Source of the DNA: Dehalococcoidia bacterium
Lineage (GTDB): Bacteria; Chloroflexota; Dehalococcoidia; WHTO01
Reading direction: 5' to 3'
DNA length: 39,433 bases
NCBI GenBank assembly: GCA_035711945.1
Contig: DASTBR010000074.1
Coordinates: forward strand, 1-39,433
Position numbers and translations under genes: made by a program. Position 1 is the stretch's first letter, and every line of letters begins with the position of its first letter. This document shows, piece after piece, positions 25,030 through 36,893 of this stretch. The notes beneath the pieces are model-generated. The model ran no database searches. It saw nothing but the letters and a program-made list of their open reading frames with translations, and was not told the origin of the DNA.

Positions 25030-25658
25030 TCGCTTTTCTCCTCCGGCGTACTGTCTTCGTCGGCTTCTTCGACGGCCTCGGGAGCGCCCTCAGCGGGAGC
25101 AGCGGCTGAACTGCGCCGCGCACGAGTAGCCCTGGCTTTCGGCGCCTCGTCGGCGGGGCCTTCAGCCGGCTCTTCGCTGGATTCGGCCTTCTCCACGGGA
25201 ACTTCTGGAGCTTCGACTTCAGGTACTTCCACTTCCTCCACCGCTTGCTCGACCTCGGGGACTTCAACAGGCGCTTCGACATCGGCGGCAGCTGGTGCCG
25301 TTACTTCTGGGACGGGCTGCTCCTTACGCCGCTGCTCCAGCTCTTCCACAACAGTGCGGTCGATATCGGATGGTTTGGTCTCGGCGACCTCGTGGCGCTG
25401 GACGATCTCGACGAGCCGCCAGCGCTTGAGGCGACTCAGCGGCCGTGATTCTCTGATCCGAACAAGGTCACCGACGCTGGCCTCGTTTTCTTCGTCGTGG
25501 GCCTTGTAGCGGGCGGTGCGGCGCAGGACCTTCTTGTAGATGCGGTGACGACGGAAACTGTCAACGGCAACAACGACGGTCTTGTCCATGCGGTCGCTGA
25601 CAACGACGCCAACGCGTTCCTTGCGATGTCCTTCGGTTGCGGTTTGTTGGTCCTGCAT
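25026..25658 (-). CDS. rpsQ: 30S ribosomal protein S17, with an acidic C-terminal extension of about 115 aa
   Basis: The S17 core is [16 protein letters not shown]...YKAHDE...[22 protein letters not shown] Glu/Pro/Val/Ala-rich tail follows. Confidence 0.9.
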   Translation of the reverse strand: MQDQQTATEGHRKERVGVVVSDRMDKTVVVAVDSFRRHRIYKKVLRRTARYKAHDEENEASVGDLVRIRESRPLSRLKRWRLVEIVQRHEVAETKPSDIDRTVVEELEQRRKEQPVPEVTAPAAADVEAPVEVPEVEQAVEEVEVPEVEAPEVPVEKAESSEEPAEGPADEAPKARATRARRSSAAAPAEGAPEAVEEADEDSTPEEKSE

Positions 25659-25659
25659 A

Positions 25660-25878
25660 TCAGCTGCCTTCCGCGCTCAACTGGCGGCCGCGCTTGACTG
25701 TCTCCAGCCGCGCTACCTGGCGGCGCACCTTGCGCAGCTCGCGGTAGTTTTCGAGCTGCCGGGTGGACGATTGAATCCTCAAGTCAAACAGCCGTCGCCG
25801 CGCCTCTTCGATCTCGTTGTCGAGATCGCTCTCGGAGAGCGTGCGGAAGCGTTCGGCTTCGCTGTTCTGCCTGGTCAT
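25660..25878 (-). CDS. rpmC: 50S ribosomal protein L29
   Basis: The motif [34 protein letters not shown] and its position between rplP and rpsQ. Confidence 0.9.
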   Translation of the reverse strand: MTRQNSEAERFRTLSESDLDNEIEEARRRLFDLRIQSSTRQLENYRELRKVRRQVARLETVKRGRQLSAEGS

Positions 25879-26300
25879 GACTGCGATCCCTCGTGCTCGC
25901 GGGCAACGAACCTTGTCTCGAGCGGGAGCTTGTGAGAAGCGCGCTCGAGGGCTTCTTTGGCGAGCTCACCGCGGACGCCGGCAATCTCAAAGAGCATGCG
26001 GCCGGGCTTCACTACTGCAACCCAGTGGTCGGGGTTGCCTTTGCCGCTGCCCATCCTGGTTTCGGCCGGCTTCGCGGTTACGGACTTGTCGGGGAAGATG
26101 CGGATCCAGACCTTGCCGCCACGCCGCAAGGAGTGAGTTATCGCACGGCGGGCGGCTTCGATCTGGCGGCTGTCGATCCAGCCGCGGCCGACGGCCTGGA
26201 GGCCGAACTCGCCGAAGTTGATCGTGGTGCCGCCGCTGGCCATGCCACGCATGCGCCCGCGATGAACCTTGCGATGCTTGGTGCGTTTCGGTTGCAGCAT
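25875..26300 (-). CDS. rplP: 50S ribosomal protein L16
   Basis: [20 protein letters not shown]-terminus. Confidence 0.95.
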   Translation of the reverse strand: MLQPKRTKHRKVHRGRMRGMASGGTTINFGEFGLQAVGRGWIDSRQIEAARRAITHSLRRGGKVWIRIFPDKSVTAKPAETRMGSGKGNPDHWVAVVKPGRMLFEIAGVRGELAKEALERASHKLPLETRFVAREHEGSQS

Positions 26301-27583
26301 TATTCGCTCTTAGTCCGCCTCTTGCGGCGTCCGTTGGTCGGCTTGGCCTTCTCAGCGGGCTCTTTCGAAGCCTCCGCGGCCTCGTCGTTGGCGGCAGGCG
26401 TCTCGACGGCAGCCTCCACAGCCTCGCTGTCGGCGGTCGGCGTTTCGACGGCCTCCGTAGCCTCTTCGTCGGCGGCGGGCGTTTCGACGGCTTTCGTAGC
26501 CTCTTCGTCGGCGGCAGGCGTTTCGACAGCCTCCGCAGGTTCCGCGGCCGCAGTCGCTTCTGTTTCTGCTTCGGGGGCGGCTGCTTCCACCTTCTCGATG
26601 GCGGCGTCTTCGTGTGTTGAGGCGTCGGCATCGCCGCCTGGAGCCGGCTCCCGGCCGGCGTCGGCCTGCGTGGCGACGGTCTCGCCGGCGGCCTCGGCTT
26701 CGGTCAAGACGCCGCCGAGAGATTCAGTGCGCTCTTCGGCACCCAACGACTCGTCGCCGGGCGCGGCTTCCTCGGCGACTGCCTTGCGGCGGCCGCGCGT
26801 CTTAGGGGGAGGAGCAGGCTGGCCGGTAGCCTCGGCGAGCGCTTCCGCAGTTGGCTCGGGTGCTTCCAGCTCGGGGCCGCGCACGGCCTCAGGAGCGATC
26901 GCGGGCGCGGGGCCCTCACGGGTTTCCTCTTGTGGGGCTGCGGCAGCGGCGCGCTCAGGAAGGATCTCGCCTTTGTAGATCCAGACCTTGACGCCGATCT
27001 GGCCGAATGTTGTGCGGGCTTCGGCTGTGCCGTAGTCGATGTCGGCACGGAGCGTGTGAAGGGGGACCCGGCCCTGCATTTCCTTGTCACGGCGCGACAT
27101 CTCGGAGCCGCCGAGCCTGCCGCCAACCATGATGCGCACGCCTTGGGCGCCGCGTTGCATGGTGCGCTGGGCGGTCTGCTTCATGGCGCGGCGGTGGGCG
27201 ACGCGACGCTCCAGCTGGTCGGCGACGCTGCGCGCGACGAGTCGGGCGTCGAGCTCGGGAACGTTAATCTCGACGATGTTGACTCGGACTTTCTTGGCCG
27301 TGAGCTTCTCGAGCTCTTTGCGCAGGTCCTCGACGTTCTTGCCCTGACGGCCGATGACGATGCCGGGGCGCGAGGTGCGGATGGTGACCGAGACCTGGTT
27401 GGCGTTGCGATCGATGTCGACGCCGGAGATGCCGGCGTCGCGCATCGATTCAATGCGACGGCGGATCTGGACGTCCTCGTGGACGAGCTGGGTGTAGGTG
27501 GTGCGCTTGTCGCTGTACCACTTGCTCTGCCAGTCCTTGATGACCCCGATGCGGAAACCGATCGGATGAACCTTCTGCCCCAC
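26300..27583 (-). CDS. rpsC: 30S ribosomal protein S3, with a C-terminal low-complexity extension of about 210 aa
   Basis: [23 protein letters not shown], with KH and S3-C domains up to ..[12 protein letters not shown]. An Ala/Glu/Pro/Thr-rich tail follows and ends in [10 protein letters not shown]. Confidence 0.9.
   Translation of the reverse strand: MGQKVHPIGFRIGVIKDWQSKWYSDKRTTYTQLVHEDVQIRRRIESMRDAGISGVDIDRNANQVSVTIRTSRPGIVIGRQGKNVEDLRKELEKLTAKKVRVNIVEINVPELDARLVARSVADQLERRVAHRRAMKQTAQRTMQRGAQGVRIMVGGRLGGSEMSRRDKEMQGRVPLHTLRADIDYGTAEARTTFGQIGVKVWIYKGEILPERAAAAAPQEETREGPAPAIAPEAVRGPELEAPEPTAEALAEATGQPAPPPKTRGRRKAVAEEAAPGDESLGAEERTESLGGVLTEAEAAGETVATQADAGREPAPGGDADASTHEDAAIEKVEAAAPEAETEATAAAEPAEAVETPAADEEATKAVETPAADEEATEAVETPTADSEAVEAAVETPAANDEAAEASKEPAEKAKPTNGRRKRRTKSE
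26371..26545 (-). repeat. 39-42-bp in-frame tandem repeats within the S3 tail (about 4.5 units)
   Basis: Plus-strand units GGCGTTTCGACGGCCTCCGTAGCCTCTTCGTCGGCGGCG at 26439 and 26478, with diverged copies at 26397 and 26517. They encode [13 protein letters not shown]. Confidence 0.8.
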
Positions 27584-27919
27584 CTATGCCTCCTCCTCGA
27601 CGACGATCGTCACGTGGCTGAAGCGGCGCAGCCGAGGGGCAACGCGTCCGCGGGATCGCGCCTTGTAGCGCTTCAGCTTCAAACCCTCGTCGGCGTACGC
27701 GTGCTTCACGTAGAGGTCACGTGACGAGAGTGCGTGGTTGTTCTCGGCGTTGGAAGCCGCCGAGTGTACGACCTTGGCGATCTCACGGGCGTGCGGCGAC
27801 GCCATGAACTGAAGGGTGGCGATGGCTTCATCGATGGTCTTGCCCTTCAGCTCGTCCAGTATGAGCCGCACTTTGCGCGGCGAAACTCTCAGGTTCCTGG
27901 CGACAGCCGTTACTTCCAT
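27584..27919 (-). CDS. rplV: 50S ribosomal protein L22
   Basis: Motif ARNLRVSPRKVRLILDELKGK. Confidence 0.95.
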   Translation of the reverse strand: MEVTAVARNLRVSPRKVRLILDELKGKTIDEAIATLQFMASPHAREIAKVVHSAASNAENNHALSSRDLYVKHAYADEGLKLKRYKARSRGRVAPRLRRFSHVTIVVEEEA

Positions 27920-27923
27920 TGGC

Positions 27924-28214
27924 TCAGGTTCTCCTCAGCGTGGCTGTCTTCTCGGAGCGCCCGGCGTGGCCGCGGAAGGTTCGGGTCAAGGCGAATTCGC
28001 CGAGCTTGTGGCCGACCATGTTCTCGGTGATGAAAACCGGGACGTGGCGACGGCCATCGTGGACAGCAATCGTCAGGCCGACCATCTGCGGCATCACCGT
28101 AGATGACCTGGACCAGGTGCGGATGATCTGCTTGGCGCCGCTGCGCTGAGCCGATTCCACGCGCTTCATGAGCTTCTCTTCGACGAAAGGACCCTTCTTG
28201 GCCGAACGCGACAT
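27924..28214 (-). CDS. rpsS: 30S ribosomal protein S19
   Basis: Motifs [11 protein letters not shown] and [27 protein letters not shown]. Confidence 0.95.
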   Translation of the reverse strand: MSRSAKKGPFVEEKLMKRVESAQRSGAKQIIRTWSRSSTVMPQMVGLTIAVHDGRRHVPVFITENMVGHKLGEFALTRTFRGHAGRSEKTATLRRT

Positions 28215-29044
28215 TACTTATTCCTCCGGCGGACGATGAACTTACCGCTGGTCTTGTTGCGCCTGGTGCGGTAACCGAGGGTCGGCTTGCCCCAGGGCGT
28301 TTTGGGACCGGGAAGGCCGATGGGCGCGCGGCCCTCACCACCACCATGTGGGTGGTCGGCTGGGTTCATGACCGTGCCGCGCACAGTAGGGCGCCTGTTG
28401 CGCCAGCGGTTGCGCCCGGCCTTGCCGATCTTGATGTTCTGGTGCTCGACGTTGCCGACCTGGCCGACGGTCGCGAGGCAGTCCGAGTGGACGCGCCGCA
28501 TCTCGCCGGAGGGCAGGCGCAGAAGACTGAAATCGCCTTCCTTGGCCATGAGCTGGGCGCCGGCGCCGGCGCTGCGCACCATCTGGGCGCCCTTGCCCAG
28601 GTGCATCTCGACGCTGTGGACGACGGTGCCTGTCGGGATCTGGCGCATGGGTAAAGCGTTGCCCGGGGCGATGTCAGCGTTGGGGCCGGACATCACCGTG
28701 TCGCCGACCTTGAGACCGAGGGGCGAAAGGATATAGCGCTTATCGCCATCTGCGTAGTAGATGAGGGCCAGGCGGGCTGAGCGATTGGGGTCGTACTCGA
28801 CCGCGGCCACACGCCCGGGCACGCCGAACTTGTCGCGGCGCTTGAAGTCCACGTCGCGGACGCGGCGCTTGTGGCCTCCGCCCTGGTGGCGGACGCTGAT
28901 GCGCCCCTGGTTGTTGCGACCGGCCGCCTTCTTTGAGGCACGCAGGAGCGCCTTCTCGGGACGGCTCTTGGTGACCTCCTCGAAGGTGTAGCCGCTCATG
29001 CCGCGGCGGGATGGCGATGTCGGTTTGAACTGCTTAAGTGGCAT
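28214..29044 (-). CDS. rplB: 50S ribosomal protein L2
   Basis: Motifs GGGHKRR and [14 protein letters not shown]. Confidence 0.95.
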   Translation of the reverse strand: MPLKQFKPTSPSRRGMSGYTFEEVTKSRPEKALLRASKKAAGRNNQGRISVRHQGGGHKRRVRDVDFKRRDKFGVPGRVAAVEYDPNRSARLALIYYADGDKRYILSPLGLKVGDTVMSGPNADIAPGNALPMRQIPTGTVVHSVEMHLGKGAQMVRSAGAGAQLMAKEGDFSLLRLPSGEMRRVHSDCLATVGQVGNVEHQNIKIGKAGRNRWRNRRPTVRGTVMNPADHPHGGGEGRAPIGLPGPKTPWGKPTLGYRTRRNKTSGKFIVRRRNK

Positions 29045-29047
29045 CTA

Positions 29048-29344
29048 TCACACGCCCTCGAACAGAGTTATGGTCTCGCCCGCGGCGAGGGTGACAATCG
29101 CCTTCTTCCAGGCGCGGGTGTAGCCCCATTGGCGACCGCGACGGCGACGCTTGGGCTTCATGTGCATGGTGTTGACGCCGGTAACGCGGACGTCGAAGGC
29201 GCGCTCGACGGCTTCCTTGATCTGGAGCTTGTTGGCCGCCTTGTCGACCTCGAAGACGTACTGGCTGGCGCCCGCCAGCGCAGTGGACTTCTCGGTGACG
29301 ATCGGCTTCTTGATGACGGTGTAGGAGTGAAGCTGCTTGGGCAT
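29048..29344 (-). CDS. rplW: 50S ribosomal protein L23
   Basis: The motif IKKPIVTEKS and its position between rplD and rplB. Confidence 0.9.
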   Translation of the reverse strand: MPKQLHSYTVIKKPIVTEKSTALAGASQYVFEVDKAANKLQIKEAVERAFDVRVTGVNTMHMKPKRRRRGRQWGYTRAWKKAIVTLAAGETITLFEGV

Positions 29345-30138
29345 TAGCTCTCCTCACCGGCCTTGGGTCTTGCCGCGCGGCGCTTAGGCGCGGCCTTCGC
29401 CGCGGTCGGCTGCTCGACCTTCTTCGCCGGGGCGCGGCGTCGCGCCGGTTTGGCGGGCGCTTCGGTCCTGGCTTCGACCGCGGGCTGCGAAGCCGCAGCT
29501 CGGCGGTTCGTCGCTCGTTCGCCGCCCCAGAGCGCCTCCGCGACGCGGACGGCGTCCGTGGTCATGACCAGGCTGTGGTGGTTGAGTATGTCAGCAACGT
29601 TCAGGTGATTGGCGGGGATGACCGAGGCGCCGCGCAGGTTGCGGGCGCTCAGCCGAACGTTGGAGTCAGGGGCAGCCGTGACGAGGAGCGACGAACGCTC
29701 GACGCCGATCCCGTTCAAGAGATCAGACAGACCCTTCGTAGTCGGCGATTCGGGCATGGCGTCGAGGATGTGCAGGTCGCCGTCGACAACCTTTGCCGAG
29801 AGCGCCGAACGGATCGCGAGGCGCTTGATGCGCTTGGGAATGACCTGCGAGTAGCTGCGAGTCTTCGGACCGAAGGCAACGCCTCCGCCTGTGAGCACGG
29901 GGGAGCGGATCGTGCCGATGCGGGCGCGTCCGAGGCCCTTCTGGCGGCGCACCTTGGCGCTGCTGCCACGTACCTCGCCTCGTGTCTTAGTGTTGGCGAC
30001 GCCACTGCGGCGGGCGTTCATCTGGGCAACGTAGACCTGGTGGAGCACAGCACGGTTGGGCTCGACGCCAAAGACTTCGTCGGCGACGTCGATTTTCTTC
30101 ACTTCCTTGCCTGCGGCGTCAATCAGCGAGAGTTTCAT
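29344..30138 (-). CDS. rplD: 50S ribosomal protein L4, with an Ala/Lys/Arg/Pro-rich C-terminal tail of about 55 aa
   Basis: Motif [30 protein letters not shown]. The tail follows ..VRVAEALWG. Confidence 0.95.
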   Translation of the reverse strand: MKLSLIDAAGKEVKKIDVADEVFGVEPNRAVLHQVYVAQMNARRSGVANTKTRGEVRGSSAKVRRQKGLGRARIGTIRSPVLTGGGVAFGPKTRSYSQVIPKRIKRLAIRSALSAKVVDGDLHILDAMPESPTTKGLSDLLNGIGVERSSLLVTAAPDSNVRLSARNLRGASVIPANHLNVADILNHHSLVMTTDAVRVAEALWGGERATNRRAAASQPAVEARTEAPAKPARRRAPAKKVEQPTAAKAAPKRRAARPKAGEES

Positions 30139-31112
30139 CAGCTCACCGCCCTGGTAGTGCGCTTCACGCGCACGACACCGTTGACAGGTCCGGGCACGGA
30201 ACCGCGCACGAGCAGCAGGTTCTTGTCGATGTCGGAGCGAACGACAACGAGGTCGCGCACGGTGACCTGCCGCGCACCCATATGGCCAGCCATCTTCTGG
30301 CCCTTAAGAACGTGGCCGGGGGTCGTGCCGGCGCCGATCGAGCCAGGGGCGCGGTGGCGGTCTGATTGTCCGTGGGTCTTGGGTCCGCCATGGAAGCCGT
30401 GGCGCTTGACGCCACCGGCGAAGCCTCGACCCTTTGATTTAGACGTCACATCGACGCGTTCGCCGGCCTGGAAAATGCTCGTCGTGACTTCCTGGCCAAC
30501 GCTGAATGCCGCGGAGTCGTCGACGCGGACTTCGCGAAGGTGCCGGAAGTCTCCGTTGGCTCCAGCGAGGTGGCCTTTGGCGGGTTTGTTAAGGTTGCGG
30601 CCCTCGCCCCAACCGAGCTGGACGGCGCTATAGCCGTCGGTTTGCGGCGTGCGAATCATCGTGACGACGCATGGTCCGAGCTCGATCGCAGTAACGTTCT
30701 GCACAGTCCCGGCGTCGTCGAAGACCTGTAGCATGCCGAGCTTCTTGCCGAAGAGCGCAGGGATACCATCCGGCGCCTGTTCACGCGTGGAGGCAGAACG
30801 ACGGCCCGAGGCGCGGGGTGCTTTGGCTGCCGCCTCTTCGTCCTCTTCGGTCTCGGCGGCATCCTCGACGTCAGTCTCCGCAGCATCATCGGCCGCTTCT
30901 TCGTCTGATGGCTCAGAGTCCTCGGCAACGGGTTCTTCTTCCGGCGCCGCAGCGACTGCGGGCGCACCCTCCGGCGCCTCGTCGGCAGCGGATTCTATGT
31001 CGGCGGCGGGCTCCTCGGCGGACGCAGCGTCACTCTCGGCGGCGCCAGTCTCGGCGGCGGCTTCGGGTGGAGCCGGTTGCTCTTCGTCTCGCTGCTTCTC
31101 TTCGTCGTTCAT
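30138..31112 (-). CDS. rplC: 50S ribosomal protein L3, with an acidic N-terminal extension of about 110 aa
   Basis: The L3 core starts at [15 protein letters not shown]. No ATG/GTG/TTG lies between ATG 31112 and that core. ATG 31112 is 4 nt after the rpsJ stop. Confidence 0.85.
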   Translation of the reverse strand: MNDEEKQRDEEQPAPPEAAAETGAAESDAASAEEPAADIESAADEAPEGAPAVAAAPEEEPVAEDSEPSDEEAADDAAETDVEDAAETEEDEEAAAKAPRASGRRSASTREQAPDGIPALFGKKLGMLQVFDDAGTVQNVTAIELGPCVVTMIRTPQTDGYSAVQLGWGEGRNLNKPAKGHLAGANGDFRHLREVRVDDSAAFSVGQEVTTSIFQAGERVDVTSKSKGRGFAGGVKRHGFHGGPKTHGQSDRHRAPGSIGAGTTPGHVLKGQKMAGHMGARQVTVRDLVVVRSDIDKNLLLVRGSVPGPVNGVVRVKRTTRAVS

Positions 31113-31116
31113 CTGC

Positions 31117-31425
31117 TTAGAGCTTGATCTCGATATCCACGCCGGCAGGAAGCTGCAGGCGCATGAGGGTGTCTACGGTGCGCGATGTGGGCTCAAGGAT
31201 GTCGATCAGCCGCTTGTGGGTCCGCATCTCGAACTGCTCACGCGAGTCCTTGTCGATGTGGGGCGAGCGAATGACCGTGAACTTGCGGATCTGCGTAGGC
31301 AGGGGTACAGGCCCGGCGACGTTGGCGCCTGTACGTTCGGCCGCCTCGACGATCTGTTCAGCTGACTGGTCGAGGATGCGGTGGTCGTAGGCCTTGAGCC
31401 TGATACGGATCTTCTGCTTCGGCAT
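31117..31425 (-). CDS. rpsJ: 30S ribosomal protein S10
   Basis: [20 protein letters not shown]-terminus. The AGGAG overlaps the fusA stop. Confidence 0.95.
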   Translation of the reverse strand: MPKQKIRIRLKAYDHRILDQSAEQIVEAAERTGANVAGPVPLPTQIRKFTVIRSPHIDKDSREQFEMRTHKRLIDILEPTSRTVDTLMRLQLPAGVDIEIKL

Positions 31426-31434
31426 TCTGTTCTC

Positions 31435-33516
<2,082 letters not shown>

Positions 33517-33556
33517 TCTTGTCCGCCGCCCGAGGCGGCCTAGTCCATTCCTGCCT

Positions 33557-34027
33557 TTACCACCGGTAGTGAACGAAGGCCCTGTTGGCCTCTGCCATGC
33601 GGTGGGTGTCTTCCTTTTTCTTCATGGTTGCGCCCTGGCCGTTCGCGGCGTCTGCGATCTCCTCGGCCAGCTTCTCGGACATCGATCGTCCGCGGCGGGC
33701 GCGTGCTGCCTGGACCATCCAGCGCATAGCGAGCGAGGTGCGACGCTCGGCGCGGATGTCGACGGGCACCTGGTAGGTAGCGCCGCCAACGCGCCGGGGC
33801 TTGACCTCGAGGACAGGCGTAACGTTGCGCAGGGCAGCGTCGAAGACGTCGAGGGCTGGGCGCTTCATGCGATCCTCGACGAGCTCCATCGCGTCGTAGA
33901 CGATCTTCTCGGCCGTCGACTTCTTGCCGCGCATCATCAGCTTGTTGATGAACATCTGCACCGAAAGGCTCCCGTAGCGTGCATCGGGAGTCGGTCGGCG
34001 CCGTTCAACTGTGCCTCGTCTAGGCAT
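33557..34027 (-). CDS. rpsG: 30S ribosomal protein S7
   Basis: [16 protein letters not shown]-terminus and C-terminal [10 protein letters not shown]. Confidence 0.95.
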   Translation of the reverse strand: MPRRGTVERRRPTPDARYGSLSVQMFINKLMMRGKKSTAEKIVYDAMELVEDRMKRPALDVFDAALRNVTPVLEVKPRRVGGATYQVPVDIRAERRTSLAMRWMVQAARARRGRSMSEKLAEEIADAANGQGATMKKKEDTHRMAEANRAFVHYRW

Positions 34028-34138
34028 AACTTCCTCTTCATGACTGCCCGCAGAACGAGCAGCAACGAATACTACTTCAAAGAACGCCCGTGGACGCTCG
34101 AATTCGCCGAGTCAAAAAAGTGGCTCCTGGCTGGCTAG

Positions 34139-34555
34139 CTAGGAACCCTTTTTTGTCCCGTACTTACTGCGGCCGCGCTTGCGACCACTTACCCCGGTCG
34201 CGTCGAGTGCGCCACGCACAATGTGGTAGCGCACGCCGGCGAGGTCCTTGACGCGGCCCCCGCGCACCAGGACCACAGAGTGCTCCTGGAGGCTGTGGCC
34301 CTCGCCGGGGATGTAGGCGGTGACCTCTATTCCGTTTGTCAGCCGCACTCGGGCCACCTTGCGGAGGGCCGAGTTGGGCTTGCGGGGAGTGACAGTCCGC
34401 ACCTGGGTGCAGACGCCACGCTTCTGGGGCGAGCCCTTCTTGCCGCGCTCTGTCCGGTTGGTCAGAGCGTTGTAACGAAAGCGCAGCGCCGGGGACTTCG
34501 TCTTCTTGGAAGTCGACTTGCGGCCCTTGCGGACAAGCTGGTTGATCGTAGGCAA
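34139..34555 (-). CDS. rpsL: 30S ribosomal protein S12
   Basis: [11 protein letters not shown] directly follows TTG 34555, and AGGGA lies 7 nt upstream. The 24-codon track extension has no support. Confidence 0.9.
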   Translation of the reverse strand: MPTINQLVRKGRKSTSKKTKSPALRFRYNALTNRTERGKKGSPQKRGVCTQVRTVTPRKPNSALRKVARVRLTNGIEVTAYIPGEGHSLQEHSVVLVRGGRVKDLAGVRYHIVRGALDATGVSGRKRGRSKYGTKKGS

Positions 34556-34699
34556 GCTGGATTCCCTGTTTCCCTTTTCAGACGACAGAAAAGGGCCGAA
34601 AGCCCTATTTCTGAGCCATCCCCCCAACGGGAGGACGTTGTCACTTTCAGGCCTCTCGACCCGTACGCCACCTGTCCTATCTGGTGACAGGCTGGATCA

Positions 34700-34728
34700 A
34701 GTCTAGGTAGCCAGATTCAGGGTGTCAA
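34700..34728 (-). promoter_or_regulatory. Sigma-70-type promoter of rpsL
   Basis: On the minus strand: TTGACA (34728-34723), a 17-nt spacer, then TAGACT (34705-34700). This predicts a leader of about 140 nt containing the hairpin CCTGTC/GACAGG (34671-34691). Confidence 0.65.
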
Positions 34729-34739
34729 CGAGAACAGCT

Positions 34740-35528
34740 TCAGAGAATCTGCGATAGAAAGAGCTTCGTGCGCTCCTCCTGAGGATTCTCGAAGAAGTGC
34801 TGAGGAGTGCCTTCTTCAACGATCAGGCCGCCATCGAAGAAGAGGAAGCGGTCGGCTACTTCACGTGCGAAGCCCATCTCGTGCGTTACAACGATCATCG
34901 TCATTCCCGACTCAGCCAACCCACGCATGACGTCCAGCACTTCCTTGATCATCTCCGGGTCCAGAGCAGAGGTCGGCTCGTCGAACAGCATCAGCCTGGG
35001 ATGCATCGCCAGGGCCCTGGCGATCGCCACGCGTTGCTGTTGGCCACCCGAGAGCTGTGCCGGGTACGTATCGATCTGCTCCGGAATTCCCACCCGGCGG
35101 AGCAGTTCCTCGGCCCGCGCGTTAGCCGCTGTCTTCGGCATCCGGCGAACGTGAGTCAGAGCCAGTGTTATGTTGCGTCTCACTGTAAGGTGGGGAAAAA
35201 GGTTGAACTGCTGGAAGACGATCCCCACCTCTGATCGCACCTTCTCCAGGTTCCTGAGGTCGTTGTTGAGCTCGACGCCATCCACGATGATCTGCCCCTC
35301 GTCGTGCTCCTCCAGCCGGTTCAAGCAGCGCAGGAATGTCGACTTACCTGACCCGGAAGGACCAAGAACCACCACCACCTCGCGCTCCTTCACGACCGTC
35401 GTGATCCCTTTGAGCGCCTGAAAGTCCCCGAACCACTTTTTTACGTCGGTGCAGACCACCATGTCCTTCTCGCTTGCCCGCCCGTCCGGGGCTTCGGGTT
35501 CGGCGAGAGTTACGGTTTCCTCAACCAT
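34740..35528 (-). CDS. aapP: Polar/general amino-acid ABC transporter ATP-binding protein
   Basis: [24 protein letters not shown] and [14 protein letters not shown]. The alternative start ATG 35462 would remove an acidic leader of 22 aa. Confidence 0.85.
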   Translation of the reverse strand: MVEETVTLAEPEAPDGRASEKDMVVCTDVKKWFGDFQALKGITTVVKEREVVVVLGPSGSGKSTFLRCLNRLEEHDEGQIIVDGVELNNDLRNLEKVRSEVGIVFQQFNLFPHLTVRRNITLALTHVRRMPKTAANARAEELLRRVGIPEQIDTYPAQLSGGQQQRVAIARALAMHPRLMLFDEPTSALDPEMIKEVLDVMRGLAESGMTMIVVTHEMGFAREVADRFLFFDGGLIVEEGTPQHFFENPQEERTKLFLSQIL

Positions 35529-35537
35529 GTCGCGATC

Positions 35538-36893
35538 CTAGCGCTCGCCAACGCCGAGCCGTCGCTCCAGACGCTGACCGACCCTTGAGATGGAAAAGGT
35601 GATCAACCAGAACACGAGCGCCACGAAGAGAAGCGATTCCTTCTGGCGGCCGATGAACTCGCGTTGCGCGGTTACCGAGCGGCCGACATCGAGGATGTCG
35701 GTAAGGCCGACCACGATCACGAGCGATGTGTCCTTGAAGAGGCTGATGAAGTGGCCGGTCAATGCGGGAATCACCGCGCGAATTGCCTGCGGCAAGATCA
35801 CGAACACCAGGACGGCGACGCCACCAAGGCCCAGGGCCTGAGCCGCCTCTCGTTGGCCGCGAGGAATCGACTGTAGCCCTCCACGCACAATCTCGGCGAT
35901 GTAGGCAGCCGAGAAGGCTGTGAACGCGGCCATGATCCGCACGACCAGGTCGGTGTCGCGCAAGCTCTCGGGAAGAAAATCGGGCAAGACCAGCCAGCTG
36001 ATGAAGAGAATCGTGATCAGCGGGACCCCTCGGATTAGCTCTATGTACACCGTGCAGACGACTCGGACCACCGGCAGCCCGCTTGTCCGGCCGAGTGCCA
36101 GTACAACGCCGAGAGGAAACGAGAGCACGCTCGCCACTATCGCGATGAGGATGTTCAGAACCAGTCCGCTCCACAGTCTGCTGTCGACCCCTTCGACATT
36201 CGGCTCGATGAAGATGAGGGCCATCAGCACAAGCTCAAGCGCGCCCAACCAGGCCAGCTCACGTCTCGGCAGGGGTTCACCCGAGGTAAGACGCCAGACC
36301 AGGTAGCTGCCCAGGACGAAGGCTCCAGCCGCCGCAAGCAAGGGTACGGCCGCGCCGCCGGCGATGAACACGATCGTGATCGGAAAGGCGAGCAGCCAGC
36401 CCACTATCACGAGGCCAGCCAACTGACGTCGCCATCTTGAGAGGACGGCAGCTGCCAGGTAGCCCGAGGCGAGGAGTCCCAGCGCCAGCAGAAGTCGCGG
36501 CTGGGCGTAGTCGGTGGCAAAGGCGAACAGCAGGACAGCTACGGCAGCGGAAGCCGCGGCTATAAGGGGTGTCAACCGTCCCCATAACCGGAAGCTGGCA
36601 CCAGTCAGCGCTGACAGGTACCAGAGCGACATCCAGATTCGCCACATTTCCTCGTCGGGGAAGCGACCAGCGAAGTAGAGCCTCCGGTTGTCGAGCACGA
36701 CCTCCCAGTCGGCCGTTATGAAGACGAAACGAAGGACCTGGTAAGCCACGTAAGCCAGGATCGCGACACTGATTAGCGTCAGTGCACTATTTCCAAGCGA
36801 GCCGAAGAGGTTATCTGTAGCCCAGCGCCTTGCCCTGACCAGAGACAGGGGCGGTGCCGGGGGGCGCTCGCTAGTCACGTCGATAGCGGTCAT
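35538..36893 (-). CDS. aapM: Amino-acid ABC transporter permease (AapM/BztC-like, long form)
   Basis: 451 aa, multi-span. The HisM/GlnP-type core is YIELIRGVPLITILF...EAAQALGL. Confidence 0.8.
   Translation of the reverse strand: MTAIDVTSERPPAPPLSLVRARRWATDNLFGSLGNSALTLISVAILAYVAYQVLRFVFITADWEVVLDNRRLYFAGRFPDEEMWRIWMSLWYLSALTGASFRLWGRLTPLIAAASAAVAVLLFAFATDYAQPRLLLALGLLASGYLAAAVLSRWRRQLAGLVIVGWLLAFPITIVFIAGGAAVPLLAAAGAFVLGSYLVWRLTSGEPLPRRELAWLGALELVLMALIFIEPNVEGVDSRLWSGLVLNILIAIVASVLSFPLGVVLALGRTSGLPVVRVVCTVYIELIRGVPLITILFISWLVLPDFLPESLRDTDLVVRIMAAFTAFSAAYIAEIVRGGLQSIPRGQREAAQALGLGGVAVLVFVILPQAIRAVIPALTGHFISLFKDTSLVIVVGLTDILDVGRSVTAQREFIGRQKESLLFVALVFWLITFSISRVGQRLERRLGVGER

Noticed and set aside
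24502-26978. Plus-strand ORFs of 335 aa (24502..25509) and 361 aa (25893..26978)
   Set aside because: They are antisense shadows of rplX/rplN/rpsQ and rplP/rpsC. Their Ser/Ala/Gly-rich runs simply mirror the Glu/Ala-rich tails on the coding strand.
29575-31365. Plus-strand ORFs of 352 aa (29575..30633) and 238 aa (30649..31365)
   Set aside because: They are antisense to rplD, rplC and rpsJ, and no independent coding signal is present.
34556-34627. 24-codon extension of rpsL
   Set aside because: S12 invariably begins at PTINQL. TTG 34555 with an upstream AGGGA fits, and the extension lies in the predicted leader.
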